Shown in pieces: positions 13,860 through 25,020 of a DNA stretch of 43,255 nt. Below the pieces are notes generated by a model. That model made no database searches. It was given only the letters and a program-made list of their open reading frames with translations, and was not told the origin of the DNA. Origin of the DNA: Octopus bimaculoides (lineage: Eukaryota); the NCBI RefSeq assembly GCF_001194135.2, contig NC_068981.1, positions 60,017,998 to 60,061,252 on the forward strand. The letters are read 5' to 3'. A program made the translations under genes and the position numbers. How positions within the stretch are numbered: position 1 is the first letter of the stretch; each line of letters opens with the position of its first letter.

Positions 13860-15700
13860 CTCTGACCGATTGTAAGGTGATAATTAGAAAATGCGAATCT
13901 GTCTGCTCTGTTCTTATTTGGGAGGAGGATCCAAGCGTTTGGAGTTTATATGCAAATCTCCTGTTATGTATCTATGATAGGAAAATATGGAAATCTATTG
14001 CTTGAACATAAATATTGTTGGTCTCCCCATTGAAGTTCTTCATTGAATTTTTGAAAAGACACATACGTCCACTAGAAAACCAATCTCAGCTATTGTGCAG
14101 AATTTTTGTTCTCTATCCCATATGACTATATCTGGCCTGTTGTGCTTACACCCCGGGTATTGCTTTAATTGGACGTTTCCAGCAGTATGGTATTTAAAAG
14201 AACTTTAAAGATGTGGTTACTTTCTGATTCTGATGTGCATTTGAAATGGCCGCCAGGACAATCCTTCCTGCATGTAGCGTTGTAGATCGTCAGAGCGACA
14301 ATTTCATTTCTCCTGAGAAGGTAGTACCTTGCAGAAATTTTTGGCTAGCTTCGACATGAGCGATAGATTTCACATCTGCATGGTATTGCTGATAGTCTAT
14401 CACAGCGTGGAGGTTTAGCGGCATCCTTATCTCTTTTGTTGGTCAGGAATTTAGTAGCTACTCCCTGTTCATGGATAGCAAGGTTATAGTGTTCTAGGTG
14501 AAATGTGAAGTACTTATGGGTGGTCCAAGATAGGCTACTAATCTTCCCAAAGTTACTGCCAGTCTCTAGCTTGCGGAACATGTACCCATGCATATCTTTC
14601 TGCTGGTATGATGAGCAATTCTCTATTTAAGTAGGTCAGTCCAACCACCTTTGTTTAACGTGTAGTAGCTGTAAACTCGGAGTATCTGTTTCGGAGTCTC
14701 CGCGTAATTTCATACCGTTATTATTTTATTGGGGAGTACACATGTGGTGTACTCATATCTCACTTTGATGTTTAGTAGGTGTAGTTTAAATAATATAATG
14801 AGGCACATAAAAGCAGTTTTGGCGGACCTTATAACTTTATTTCTATCCCTCTGTTTAACATAGAAACTGCCAGTGTCACAGTTGGTGTAGAAGGTACCAA
14901 TAATTTGTTGCAGATGTCTTCAAGTGCTCATTCTGATGTCCCGAATGTTAGTACTAGATTTGGCATTGCAAAAGCATTGTCCGATATCGTATGATTGAAA
15001 GAAGACAGCTCTAACTTCCATACCTTCCGTAGTCTTCTGAAGTATTCTTTTGTCATTCTGGTATTACAGCAACAAGAAATACAATTTTCTCGTCTATTTC
15101 AAGGCATTTCCAACATTCATCATTGGCGATAGGTCATTGATATCCATATTCTATCCCTGATCGATAATCTTCATTTGACTACCGAGCAAATTTCCTGAGC
15201 AAATTCCATTCCTATATCTGAAACGTTGCGAGCAGTTATACCAACATTTTGTGTCAAGAATGTTACTCAAATACAGCTTAAGGTCATCGACGAAAAAAGG
15301 GGTGAAAAAAATAAATCTTTCTTTCATCTATAGCTTTTATCAGGCAACCTTAAGAGGTGAACTGTTAGCACTGAAAGTATTACAAATAACCTATCAGCCT
15401 GAAACGAATCTGTTGATTGCATAATTCTGTTGACTACAGTGCTAGATTAAATTCTTAAAAATACATCTGTGAACCATGTTGTCATTAGTCTCTTAACGGC
15501 ATTAACTATAACAGTTGGAAACTTAGTAAGGTGTAGGCACTCTTTTATCCATAAGTGAGGAACAGCCAAAACGCCTTATTATACATACAGTTAGCAGATT
15601 TCGAAGTTAGCAGCTTTCGTCAAGGTCAGCTTCGTTGATGAGGAGTTATTCATCACAGCCCCAGACTTGTTTCTTTTCTCTTGCCTTGTCTTTTATCTGC
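13860..15700 (-). mobile_element. Degenerate non-LTR retrotransposon of the REL-endonuclease type (probably R4/Dong clade), 3' part of ORF
   Basis: Minus-strand remnants in the expected order: AVPHLWIKECL...VKRLMTTW.T; FQ(A/G)D; FFVDDLKLY (RT catalytic DD); DIGMEF; KGG; MHGY..RK; AIHEQG..T; SIAHV and RRNEIVA..IY (decayed zinc knuckle / RH motif); then an REL-like C-terminus. Many stops and frameshifts. Confidence 0.7.
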
Positions 15701-16077
15701 ACATTGTGTGGTTTAAAATCATTCAATCAACCAGTATATAATTTATCCATCACATTCAAGCGTGGAATTAGCCTTTCATTTCTGTCAATAAGCATCTCCT
15801 GGTTTTTAGCTACTAGTGTAGTACGTGCAACTGTCAACCAGTGTAGCATATCAGTTTCAGTATTTTTTGTTTTTGTTTTAGAGAGACTGACAAAAGCTGT
15901 CCTGTACAGCGTTAGGTTTCTTTACTAATAATCAACTATCATATATCTCCCGAGGGATTTTTCGCTCGGCGGTTTTGCGGGGACCATCAAGTAAATTTCA
16001 CGGCTAACATTACAAGTGTTTGAATGCGCGCGTGCAATGTTTATGCACATCTTTATGTTTGTGTGTGTGTGTGTGTA

Positions 16078-16117
<40 letters not shown>

Positions 16118-16356
16118 TATGTAATTTTGTCTGTCTATATACACACACACGTACGCATGTACACACACACGAACGCACGTACACACACACATACACACAT
16201 AACCGATGTAGTAAATATATAGTCAAACTATTTCTTTGTAGATTGAAAACAAAATTACGGACAGCCTTACACGATATTTAGATCATTAATCGCTCAACAG
16301 AAATGTCTACATCACTTTGACAAAAAGCATAAAAACAAGCAGCCAATTTATTTATA

Positions 16357-17594
16357 TACGAGAGTTGGCTGAAAGGCCCATAAGTTGACTATGAAGGAGT
16401 GATGCTAGTGCTGTGAAATCTTATATGCATTAATTTAAACTCTTATTAATAACGGCATCATTTCTTTGTAGGTAAAGTGACATTGCACTGTTCAAAGATT
16501 TTAAAGGTAACTATTAACGATTTCTTTTTAAAATGGACAAAATTTGGCATTGTGGAGTTATCAAGTACCTGCAGAAAAAGGGTTTAGCCCCCAACGACAT
16601 CCATGCTACATTAGGGAATGAAGGTGCAACTTTATTAATAATGTAAAAGTACGTAGCGGAATTTAGAACTGGAATTGAGAACCTTGAAGATGATACAGCA
16701 ACTGGATATCCTGCAACTGCCACCCCCTAGGAAAACATTGATCATGTTTATCTCAGGGCGATGGACAACAAGTGATTGACAATAAATCAAATAGCCAATG
16801 CTAATAAGATGTACTATGAAAGAGTTGAGAATATATACTGCACAATGAACTTGGCACGACGAAGGTTTCTGCACGATGGGTGGCACGTCTTCGGACACCC
16901 ATCAGAAGCGCACCAGGTTGATCACATTACGGGTTAATATCTGACATTGAGACAGATCCAGCTGGCTTTATTCAACATTTTCTAATATAAGATGGGAGAC
17001 AATCTACGCAGAGGAAACACCCCTCCTCACCGACTCCAAAGAAAGCCAAGTTCGTTTCATCTGCAAGGAAGGTGATGACCTTAGTAGTTTGGATGCAAAA
17101 GGCATTGTGTTTATTGACTATCTTCAAAAGGGCTACACCTCAATGGAAACTACTATGCCAAAATGCTGAGGCAGCTACGAAGGTTTATCAAGACCAAACA
17201 TCTAAGAAAACTGAGTAAAGGGGTCTTGTTTGATCAGGAGAATTCTCCAGCACACGGTTCTTGGTTTCAATGGCTGTTGCGCTCGACTGTGGTCTTGAAC
17301 TGGTTGATCAGCTTCTCTATTGTCCTGATTTGACTCCATCTGACTATCAACTGTTCCTTAATATGAAACAACACTTGGTTGGGAAGCAGTATCGCAGTGA
17401 GGATGACGTCATATTTGCTACTGATGACGTTTTTTACCAGTTTCTTTTGAAGTCTCCTTTGAAAGTTAGATATCAGTTTACCCGGAAAGAAACAATACAG
17501 TTAATAAGAAGATCTGAAATTAATGCATGCGAAATTTCACAGCTCTAGCCTCACTCCTTCATAGCCAGCCTATGAACTTCTCAGACCACCTTTG
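16357..17594 (+). mobile_element. Near full-length degenerate mariner transposon with both TIRs, antisense in GPCR intron 2
   Basis: Imperfect TIRs of about 50 bp (left ...ctgaaaggcccataagttgactatgaaggagtgatgctag; right reverse complement ...ctgagaagttcataggctggctatgaaggagtgaggctag). Transposase remnants from ATG 16533: MDKIWHCGVIKYLQKKGLAP, LFDQENSPAH, and YCPDLTPSDYQLF..MKQHL.GKQY (YSPDLAPSDY-like). Confidence 0.88.
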
Positions 17595-17958
17595 AGTTCA
17601 ACAAATCCAGTATCTACGGAAATCTACTAATTTGCGTACCGTCAGTGTTTGACACTTTATTGTATACCAGTGTTCTATCAACGAGTGTCTCAATCCATAC
17701 AATATCAAGGTGTATATCAAGGTGTATATATATATNNNNNNNNNNTGTGTGTATCAGTACAGAAAATCAAACAGGGCAAAACTGAGAAAATAATTCATGA
17801 TAGTATTTTACTCCTCGGTAGTTAATTATTACATCCATTTGACTTCGCCTTATCGTTTCAGCCGGGTTCCAGAAAACCGCTTACTTTTAGATGGTGATGA
17901 TGGTGTTGAACCGAAAACCTGATAAAATAAAATACGACAATGAAAATGAACAATTTAC

Positions 17959-18129
17959 CTGAAATATATTTTTCTGTTTGGACTTAGCCAAAGTATTGGT
18001 GCTGAAAACGTTACCATCCAAATGTTGCCACCACCACAATCAAAATACGGGTTTGTCCAGTATCCATTCGCTAGACTAGCAACAGCATACGTATTTATTC
18101 CCGACTTCTTGATGCCTATTGTCATGTCA
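17959..18129 (-). CDS. GPR158-like: GPR158-like GPCR exon 2 (Cache core)
   Basis: Acceptor tttctttataattttag| and donor TTCAG|GTAAAT; 171 nt, phase 2-2. Translates (G)DMTIGIKKSGINTYAVASLANGYWTNPYFDCGGGNIWMVTFSAPILWLSPNRKIYF(R). WTxPYFDCGGGxIWMxTxSxP is a hallmark of this family. Not in the ORF track. Confidence 0.95.
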
Positions 18130-19286
18130 CTAAAATTATAAAGAAACTTTCCTCATCATTATCAACATAATTTTCATCAGTCCTGATTTCAATTAATTCA
18201 TATTCATTATTATAATAATCTATTTCATAACTTGAATAATACTGAGCCAGTTTGCCCATTACATGGAAAAATGCGAGGAAGAGAAATGATTATAAAACTG
18301 GAAAATTACAGGACACGTTATTACACTTGGAAAAGTTCAGGACAGCTTATTACATCTGGTAAAGTACAGAACGAGGAAAAGTTTTACTTAAAATATTGCA
18401 TCTAAGGATAAAATTTCAAATAAAGTATTTAGATTTAGAAAATATTAGCTTTTATTAAAACTAAAAAATGTATTACAAGTTATTACTTCTATTTGTTATT
18501 ACTTGTTACTTCTATTAAAAATAAAAATAACTCAAAATACTTTGTGCATTTTAAAAATTTCATTTTTTAAATTATTAATTAATAATTAGAGATTTGAAAA
18601 TTGGTTATAAAAAATAATAGTTGTACATAATTAGTTAGTACAATAAATAGAATAATACAAAATTAGTTGCATATTACAGTAAAATCTACCTGTAACAACA
18701 AATTCACAGTAAAATTTACTTGTGTCATTGCTAAAGTTATTGCCAAATCTTCACATTTTTAGTCTTGACTCAATGCCTAATTTTTACATAGTGAATGTGC
18801 CTACCATATATACTATTCTACATTAGCTATATTGATACTCTTCAAAAGTGTTAACAGTTTTCAATTTGATTAAGAACTAAATTAGTGACAAGATCTGAAA
18901 GATGTTGCGTGTGAGTAAATTGCGGCCTTAAGAATATTATTCAGTTAACGAATGGAACAATATTAAGATAGTTCTGATTTTTAATTAAAAATGTATTTTC
19001 TGTTACTTAGGTTGAGACGTTCGAATTTCTCATTCACAAGATTTTCTTTTTATTCTCCTACAATAAGAACCTTCTCCGTACTAAACTCACTACTGTAAAA
19101 ACAAGGCGAAAGAGGATGTTAAATGACATTATTGACAGGAATATCACACAAGTGACTTCACATCACTATGAGAATTATGTGTGGATATTATCCTTCTGCC
19201 TTCAACGCAGTAAAAGCTTTTGTAATAGTAAATTCAATGAAGCGTACAGTAGCTGAAAACAATAGCAGAAAAAAAAAACATGAATA

Positions 19287-19529
19287 AAATTGTGACTGCA
19301 TTGTAAGAAGTTTACTTCCCAATCACATAGTTCCGAGTTGAAACTATAGCGTGGCACCTAGGAAAGGTGTCTTCTACTATATTTTGTAAATTGTGACTGC
19401 GTTGTAAGAAGTTTACTTCCCAATCACATAGTTCCGAGTTGAAACTACAGCGTGGCACCTAGGAAAGGTGTCTTCTACTATATCTCAAAATACTTGTGAG
19501 GGGATTTGGTAGACGGAAAGTGAGAGAAG

Positions 19530-19604
<75 letters not shown>

Positions 19605-19850
19605 GTGTGTCTGTCTGTCTGTCTGTTTGTTTGTGTGTGTGTTTGTGCTTGTAACTCCAACACTGCTTGACAACTTGTACTGGTTTATTTACTGATTCGT
19701 ACATTGGTGGCTCTCCAAAAAGAAACTAATCGAACAATCACCAGGCTATAAAATTATGTAGTGGGGGGATTTGTGCGATTAAATCCTTAAAGCTGGTGAC
19801 CCAGCATTGCCTCAGACCAAAGAGTGAAACAAGTAAAAGATGAAAAATAA
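19287..19850 (+). mobile_element. Diverged SINE family B copy with duplicated head and expanded internal (CTAT)n, in GPCR intron 1
   Basis: Head tgtaagaagtttacttcccaatcacatagttccgagttgaaac...gtgtcttctactata occurs twice. It is followed by cttgtgaggggatttggtagacggaaa, a microsatellite, caacactgcttgacaac and a tail (gtgaaacaagtaaaagatg). Confidence 0.8.
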
Positions 19851-20031
19851 AACTAGTTTTCTTGAAATGTTTTACAAGTATGTTTAGAGATTCTTTCTGC
19901 TATAATGGAACAATAAGGATTGAATCAATAATATTACCAATAATAGTGTTTGTTTTCAACATACCTTTTGGTACCTTACCAATATTTCCACACATTTTAC
20001 AGTTTGCAATATATACCTTAAAGTAACTTAC

Positions 20032-20753
20032 CCAAATTTCACCGTCTCTGTTATTATTTGACTTTCATTGAGATTTTGAGCCACGGAGAAATACCATTGA
20101 ACACTTTTATCCATGTAATTGTACTTCAGAGCTAGATCTTCAAGATTTATACAAGTAGAACTCGTTTTATGAGCATATGGACTGAACATTTCCAGACCTG
20201 GGATGACGAAAGGCTCTAAAGCAAGTGCTGATCCGACTATTATTTTTGAGGACGTATCGATATTGTTTTGCACAAGCAGATAAAACATTGTGAGAATATC
20301 GCTTACATTGCGAAGGGTTTCATCAAAGCTTGAATTAAGTTCCTTGTTAGTTGAGTCATCCAAAGAGCTGCAGTGGTCACGAATGTGATCATCCACCATG
20401 TCCTGACTTAGAGGTTCTACAAATTGATTACTTGTATCGTTCGTATTATGTCCAAAATCATTACTTGTTCTACTAGATTTTGATATTTCTTGGTTTAATG
20501 TTTCGCTGATGTCGTTTCTTAAACTGCCATTAATCGATTTTATTTGTAAGTATTTACTAACAAAATTTGCAGTCTTCAAAGCTACTTTCGCATACTGGTC
20601 CCAAACTGTTCTATCGAGACGAAGTGCTAAGGTGTCACTGGTACCATTCTTACAGTTTGAAGCGTTTAATCTCTCAACATACTCCAACGCTTTTTTCAGC
20701 TCTGTAATTCTGTCTGTGGAAGAGACACGTAAATAAATCGAAGTTTTATGCAT
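20032..20753 (-). CDS. GPR158-like: GPR158/GPR179/CG31760-family class C GPCR, first visible coding exon (N-terminal Cache-like region); 5' boundary uncertain
   Basis: Open frame reads MHKT...KALEYVERLNASNC...WDQYAKVALKTANFVSKYL...LVQNNID...GSALALEP...FSPYAH...DLALKYNY...WYF. This matches my recall of the family N-terminal motifs (A-x-x-TANF, GSAIAFEP, F-x-PYA, DLA..Y..WY). Donor GG|GTAAGT at 20032/20031 is phase 2. The start could be ATG 20753, upstream ATG 20849 or 20900, or an acceptor (ctcttccacag|) at 20714/20713. Confidence 0.88.
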
Positions 20754-20910
20754 GATAACACTTAAATGCAAAATAATTTTCTCTACTATGTAGAAAAATA
20801 TATAATAGCACAGACACACAGTTACACAGACACAGACACAGGCACACATAGATAGGCACACACACAAGCACTCACAGAAATACACATATACACAAATCAT
20901 GCCGCTCCCA

Positions 20911-20980
<70 letters not shown>

Positions 20981-21974
20981 NNNNNNNNNNNNNNNNNNNN
21001 NNNNNNNNNNNNNNNNNNNNNNNNNNNNNNNNNNNNNNNNNNNNNNNNNNNNNNNNNNNNNNNNNNNNNNNNNNNNNNNNNNNNNNNNNNNNNNNNNNNN
21101 NNNNNNNNNNNNNNNNNNNNNNNNNNNNNNNNNNNNNNNNNNNNNNNNNNNNNNNNNNNNNNNNNNNNNNNNNNNNNNNNNNNNNNNNNNNNNNNNNNNN
21201 NNNNNNNNNNNNNNNNNNNNNNNNNNNNNNNNNNNNNNNNNNNNNNNNNNNNNNNNNNNNNNNNNNNNNNNNNNNNNNNNNNNNNNNNNNNNNNNNNNNN
21301 NNNNNNNNNNNNNNNNNNNNNNNNNNNNNNNNNNNNNNNNNNNNNNNNNNNNNNNNNNNNNNNNNNNNNNNNNNNNNNNNNNNNNNNNNNNNNNNNNNNN
21401 NNNNNNNNNNNNNNNNNNNNNNNNNNNNNNNNNNNNNNNNNNNNNNNNNNNNNNNNNNNNNNNNNNNNNNNNNNNNNNNNNNNNNNNNNNNNNNNNNNNN
21501 NNNNNNNNNNNNNNNNNNNNNNNNNNNNNNNNNNNNNNNNNNNNNNNNNNNNNNNNNNNNNNNNNNNNNNNNNNNNNNNNNNNNNNNNNNNNNNNNNNNN
21601 NNNNNNNNNNNNNNNNNNNNNNNNNNNNNNNNNNNNNNNNNNNNNNNNNNNNNNNNNNNNNNNNNNNNNNNNNNNNNNNNNNNNNNNNNNNNNNNNNNNN
21701 NNNNNNNNNNNNNNNNNNNNNNNNNNNNNNNNNNNNNNNNNNNNNNNNNNNNNNNNNNNNNNNNNNNNNNNNNNNNNNNNNNNNNNNNNNNNNNNNNNNN
21801 NNNNNNNNNNNNNNNNNNNNNNNNNNNNNNNNNNNNNNNNNNNNNNNNNNNNNNNNNNNNNNNNNNNNNNNNNNNNNNNNNNNNNNNNNNNNNNNNNNNN
21901 NNNNNNNNNNNNNNNNNNNNNNNNNNNNNNNNNNNNNNNNNNNNNNNNNNNNNNNNNNNNNNNNNNNNNNNNNN
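20981..21974. other. Assembly gap (N-run) immediately upstream of the first visible GPCR exon
   Basis: About 1 kb of N flanked by (TA)n. Other gaps at 998-1328, 13578-13855, 17736-17745, 25277-25544, 27954-28043, 33556-33748, 35256-35314, 38200-38429, 38740-38823 and 39857-40818 almost all abut microsatellites. Confidence 0.99.
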
Positions 21975-22046
<72 letters not shown>

Positions 22047-22053
22047 TGTATTA

Positions 22054-22889
22054 TACAGTGGCCTGCAAAATTTACAATGCACAGTCAAAACTCCAAGTTT
22101 ACATAAGTTGAGGTAACGCAGGTTAATGAAATTTCCACCTTTTATGAATTTTTTTTTTTGTAATAAATGCAATGCAATAGTCAGAATTACATAATAATGA
22201 ACAAACACAATTGTATATGGAAAACAGTTGAACTTCAAAACGCAAAAGTTTACAACACATTTATACAATCAAATCAGTATTTAGTTGCATAACCCTTATT
22301 GATGATGAGAGCGTGCAGGCGCTTTGAGTAGTCTCCTAAATACTTTTTAACATGTGGTGGGGCTTATTTTTCTCCATTCTTCTACACAAATTCTTTACAA
22401 TTATTGTAAGTTACGCGGGTTTCGGTTTTGATCTCTGAGTTTCATTTCTTTCCACAAATTTTCGACTGAATTAAGGTCTGGAGAAAGACTTGGCCATTCC
22501 AGAACACTAGTCCTATTTGTTTTCAGCAAACTCTTGGTCAGATTTACTGTGTGCTTTGAATCATTATCCTGTTGAAAGGCTCATCCTTGTTCCAAGTTTA
22601 GGGAGCGAGCACGAGGTATTAAAAATCTCTCAAAAATCCCCTATATTTTCCGCCACCCATTGTTCCTTCAATCGCTTCCATTCTTCCAACACCTGGTGAG
22701 CAAAAACAAGCCCATACCATTAGTGATCCGACTCCGAATTTGACTGTAGGGATAGTATTCTTGGACGCATATTCCATGCTGTTTTTTCTCCAAACCTTGC
22801 TACTCGGATTTCTGCCGAAAAACTCAATCTTAGTTACCTCAGACCAACTACGCTTTTCAAATGTTGCTGGTTCATTTAGATGTTTTTAT
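22054..22889 (-). mobile_element. Tc1-family (DD34E) transposon, 3' half with one TIR
   Basis: End reads TA-CAGTGGCCTGCAAAA at 22054. Minus strand encodes PTVKFGVGSLMVW and [19 protein letters not shown], both Tc1 motifs. The element is cut off by a (GA)n tract at about 22890. Confidence 0.88.

Positions 22890-22890
<1 letters not shown>

Positions 22891-22978
<88 letters not shown>
22891..22978. repeat. (GA)n microsatellite truncating the Tc1 remnant
   Basis: Directly visible. Confidence 0.97.
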
Positions 22979-24345
22979 ATGAAATATAGAAGAGTGGTGG
23001 GGAAGAAAAAAAAGGACGATTATTACTATGTTGTTACTTAATATGATAATCTGATGTATAATCATGATAGTTTGAATTTATATTTGGTTTGACCTTTCCT
23101 TGGTACTATTCAGAAGGAAGTCGAAATTCATTTGAATTATTTCAAAAACGTCACATATAGTCAGTCATTAATCAATTTATTCGTTTTATGTAATAATATG
23201 TTATCTTTAATGTAAAATATATTACCGATTTTTTTCATTTTATTACATTTAAATATCGTTCAGCTCGGTATAATTTTTTTCATTTCCACATCTTTAATTT
23301 TCTTGGGGATTCCTAAAGGTCTCCCCTACTTTTCGTCCTCTGAACAAATATTGAGCACATCATGACTATAACTGCGAGGTGTTGATTTCTATAAAAATAC
23401 TGAATACAAGTACAAACACTCAAATTTCCACTTTCGATTAAATATTTACCTATTTCTCGATGCACTTTTGGTGACTATAATAGCGACACCGTTTTGTTCA
23501 TTCTGGTAAGCTGACAGCCTCAATTAATCATTTACAAATCTAACTATTTCTGTCATTTCTTCCGATATTCTGTATATATATTCCTCACATTTTTCTTTCC
23601 ACTTTATCTACCGTAACGAAATTATGGTGGTACTCATATTTAACTGCAGTGTTTAGTGGAATAAATTATTCAAAAAGCAGTGCACAACAACTTTACTTTT
23701 TTGTGATAGACACTTGAAACATCTTATTTTATTATTTCTTCTCTTTGTGATTGAAATGGACAAATATTTCTGCATATCTTGATTCCATCTAAGACAAAGG
23801 CCCACACGTCAGCAGAACCTGTACTCGTTCAACTATCACTATGCTGATAATGCGTATTATCTTCACAATCCTTTAACGGCATCATGAACAATACTTAATA
23901 GCATGGCCTGAGAATGCAGCAGCTCAAATTAGTCTGTTTCTTAAAGCAATGAAGACTAAATCGATGAACGTCAATGAAGAAGGAAGCCATCTGCCAATTT
24001 CTTCATACCATGACAAAAAACTCAAACAGGATAGTGTCTTGAAACTCCTCGTTCCTGTGTTGTCCGCAGCGTGAAAATCTTCCTGACAAGCGTGCAGCAT
24101 GCATGAAGCTACTGTGACAAGCTTCGAAATATTTTGGAATGAAGTTATTTTCAAAATATATATAGACGACCTTCTTTTTTGCCGAGCCGGAGCCTGGACT
24201 GTATAAATACGAAGTTCAAAAAGCACTTCCATAGTACATCCATCAGGACTCTGGCGAAAGTTTGAAATGTGAGAGTGAGCACAAATAAGAGAGAAAAGTT
24301 ACGGACTCATTAAACTCTTCTCTATTAATATTATTCAACGCCGAG

Positions 24346-24772
24346 AAGGTGGCGAGCTGGCAGAATCGTTAGCACACTGGGCAAAATGCTTAGCAGCGTT
24401 TCGCCTATCTTCACATTCAGAGTTCAGATTCCGCCGAGGTAGACTTTCCTTTCATCCTTTCAGGTTCGATAAATTAAGTACCAGTTGAGTATTGAGATCG
24501 ATATAGTCAACTTATTTCCTCTCCCAAAATTTCAGGCCTTGTGCCTATAGTAGAAATGATTATTCAACACAAGAAGGCGGTGATCTGAGAGAATCCTCGC
24601 CGGAAAAATGCTTGCCGGCATTTCTTCCAATTCTATATTCTAAGTGCAAATGCCACCGGGTTCGACTTTGCCTTTCATCCTTTCAGTGTCGAATTAATAG
24701 ATACAAGGTGAACGCTTGGAGCGATGTAATCAACTTTCCTCCACCCAGTACGTTGCTGGTCTTGTATCAAAG
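24346..24772 (+). mobile_element. Two head-to-tail copies of a ~220-bp SINE-like repeat (here family A)
   Basis: Unit 1 is ggcgagctggcagaatcgttagca...caaaatgcttagc...ccgccgaggtagactttcctttcatccttt...gataaattaagtaccagttgag...ggccttgtgcctatagtagaaatgattatt; a diverged second unit follows from about 24573. Confidence 0.8.
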
Positions 24773-24821
24773 CATACATGCATACATACATACATACATA
24801 CATACATACATGTATATCTAG

Positions 24822-25020
24822 CTGTTTGTGGGATATCCCAATGATGGGTCAGCATCTCCATACACTGGGTATACCGTCATCAGAGACACGGTGTGTATGT
24901 AGGAAAGTTCCAACACCGTGAATTCTGTGCGGAACTTTCCTACATATACACCTTGTCCTTGATTATGGAATACCCAGTGTATGAAGATGCTCACCCATCA
25001 CACGGGATACCCCGAAACAG
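24822..25020. mobile_element. ~200-bp palindromic (hairpin) MITE-like element
   Basis: Left arm ctgtttgtgggatatccc...catacactgggtat...tgtaggaaagttcc is the imperfect reverse complement of the right arm ggaactttcctaca...atacccagtgtatg...gggataccccgaaacag. Arms are about 90 bp and the spacer about 19 nt. Confidence 0.85.

Noticed and set aside
20509-20736. Plus-strand 75-aa ORF
   Set aside because: Antisense shadow of the GPCR exon.
23924-24232. 102-aa minus-strand ORF in a higher-GC block, considered as an upstream GPCR exon
   Set aside because: No N-terminal signal-peptide pattern, no recognisable homology and no supported phase-1 donor.
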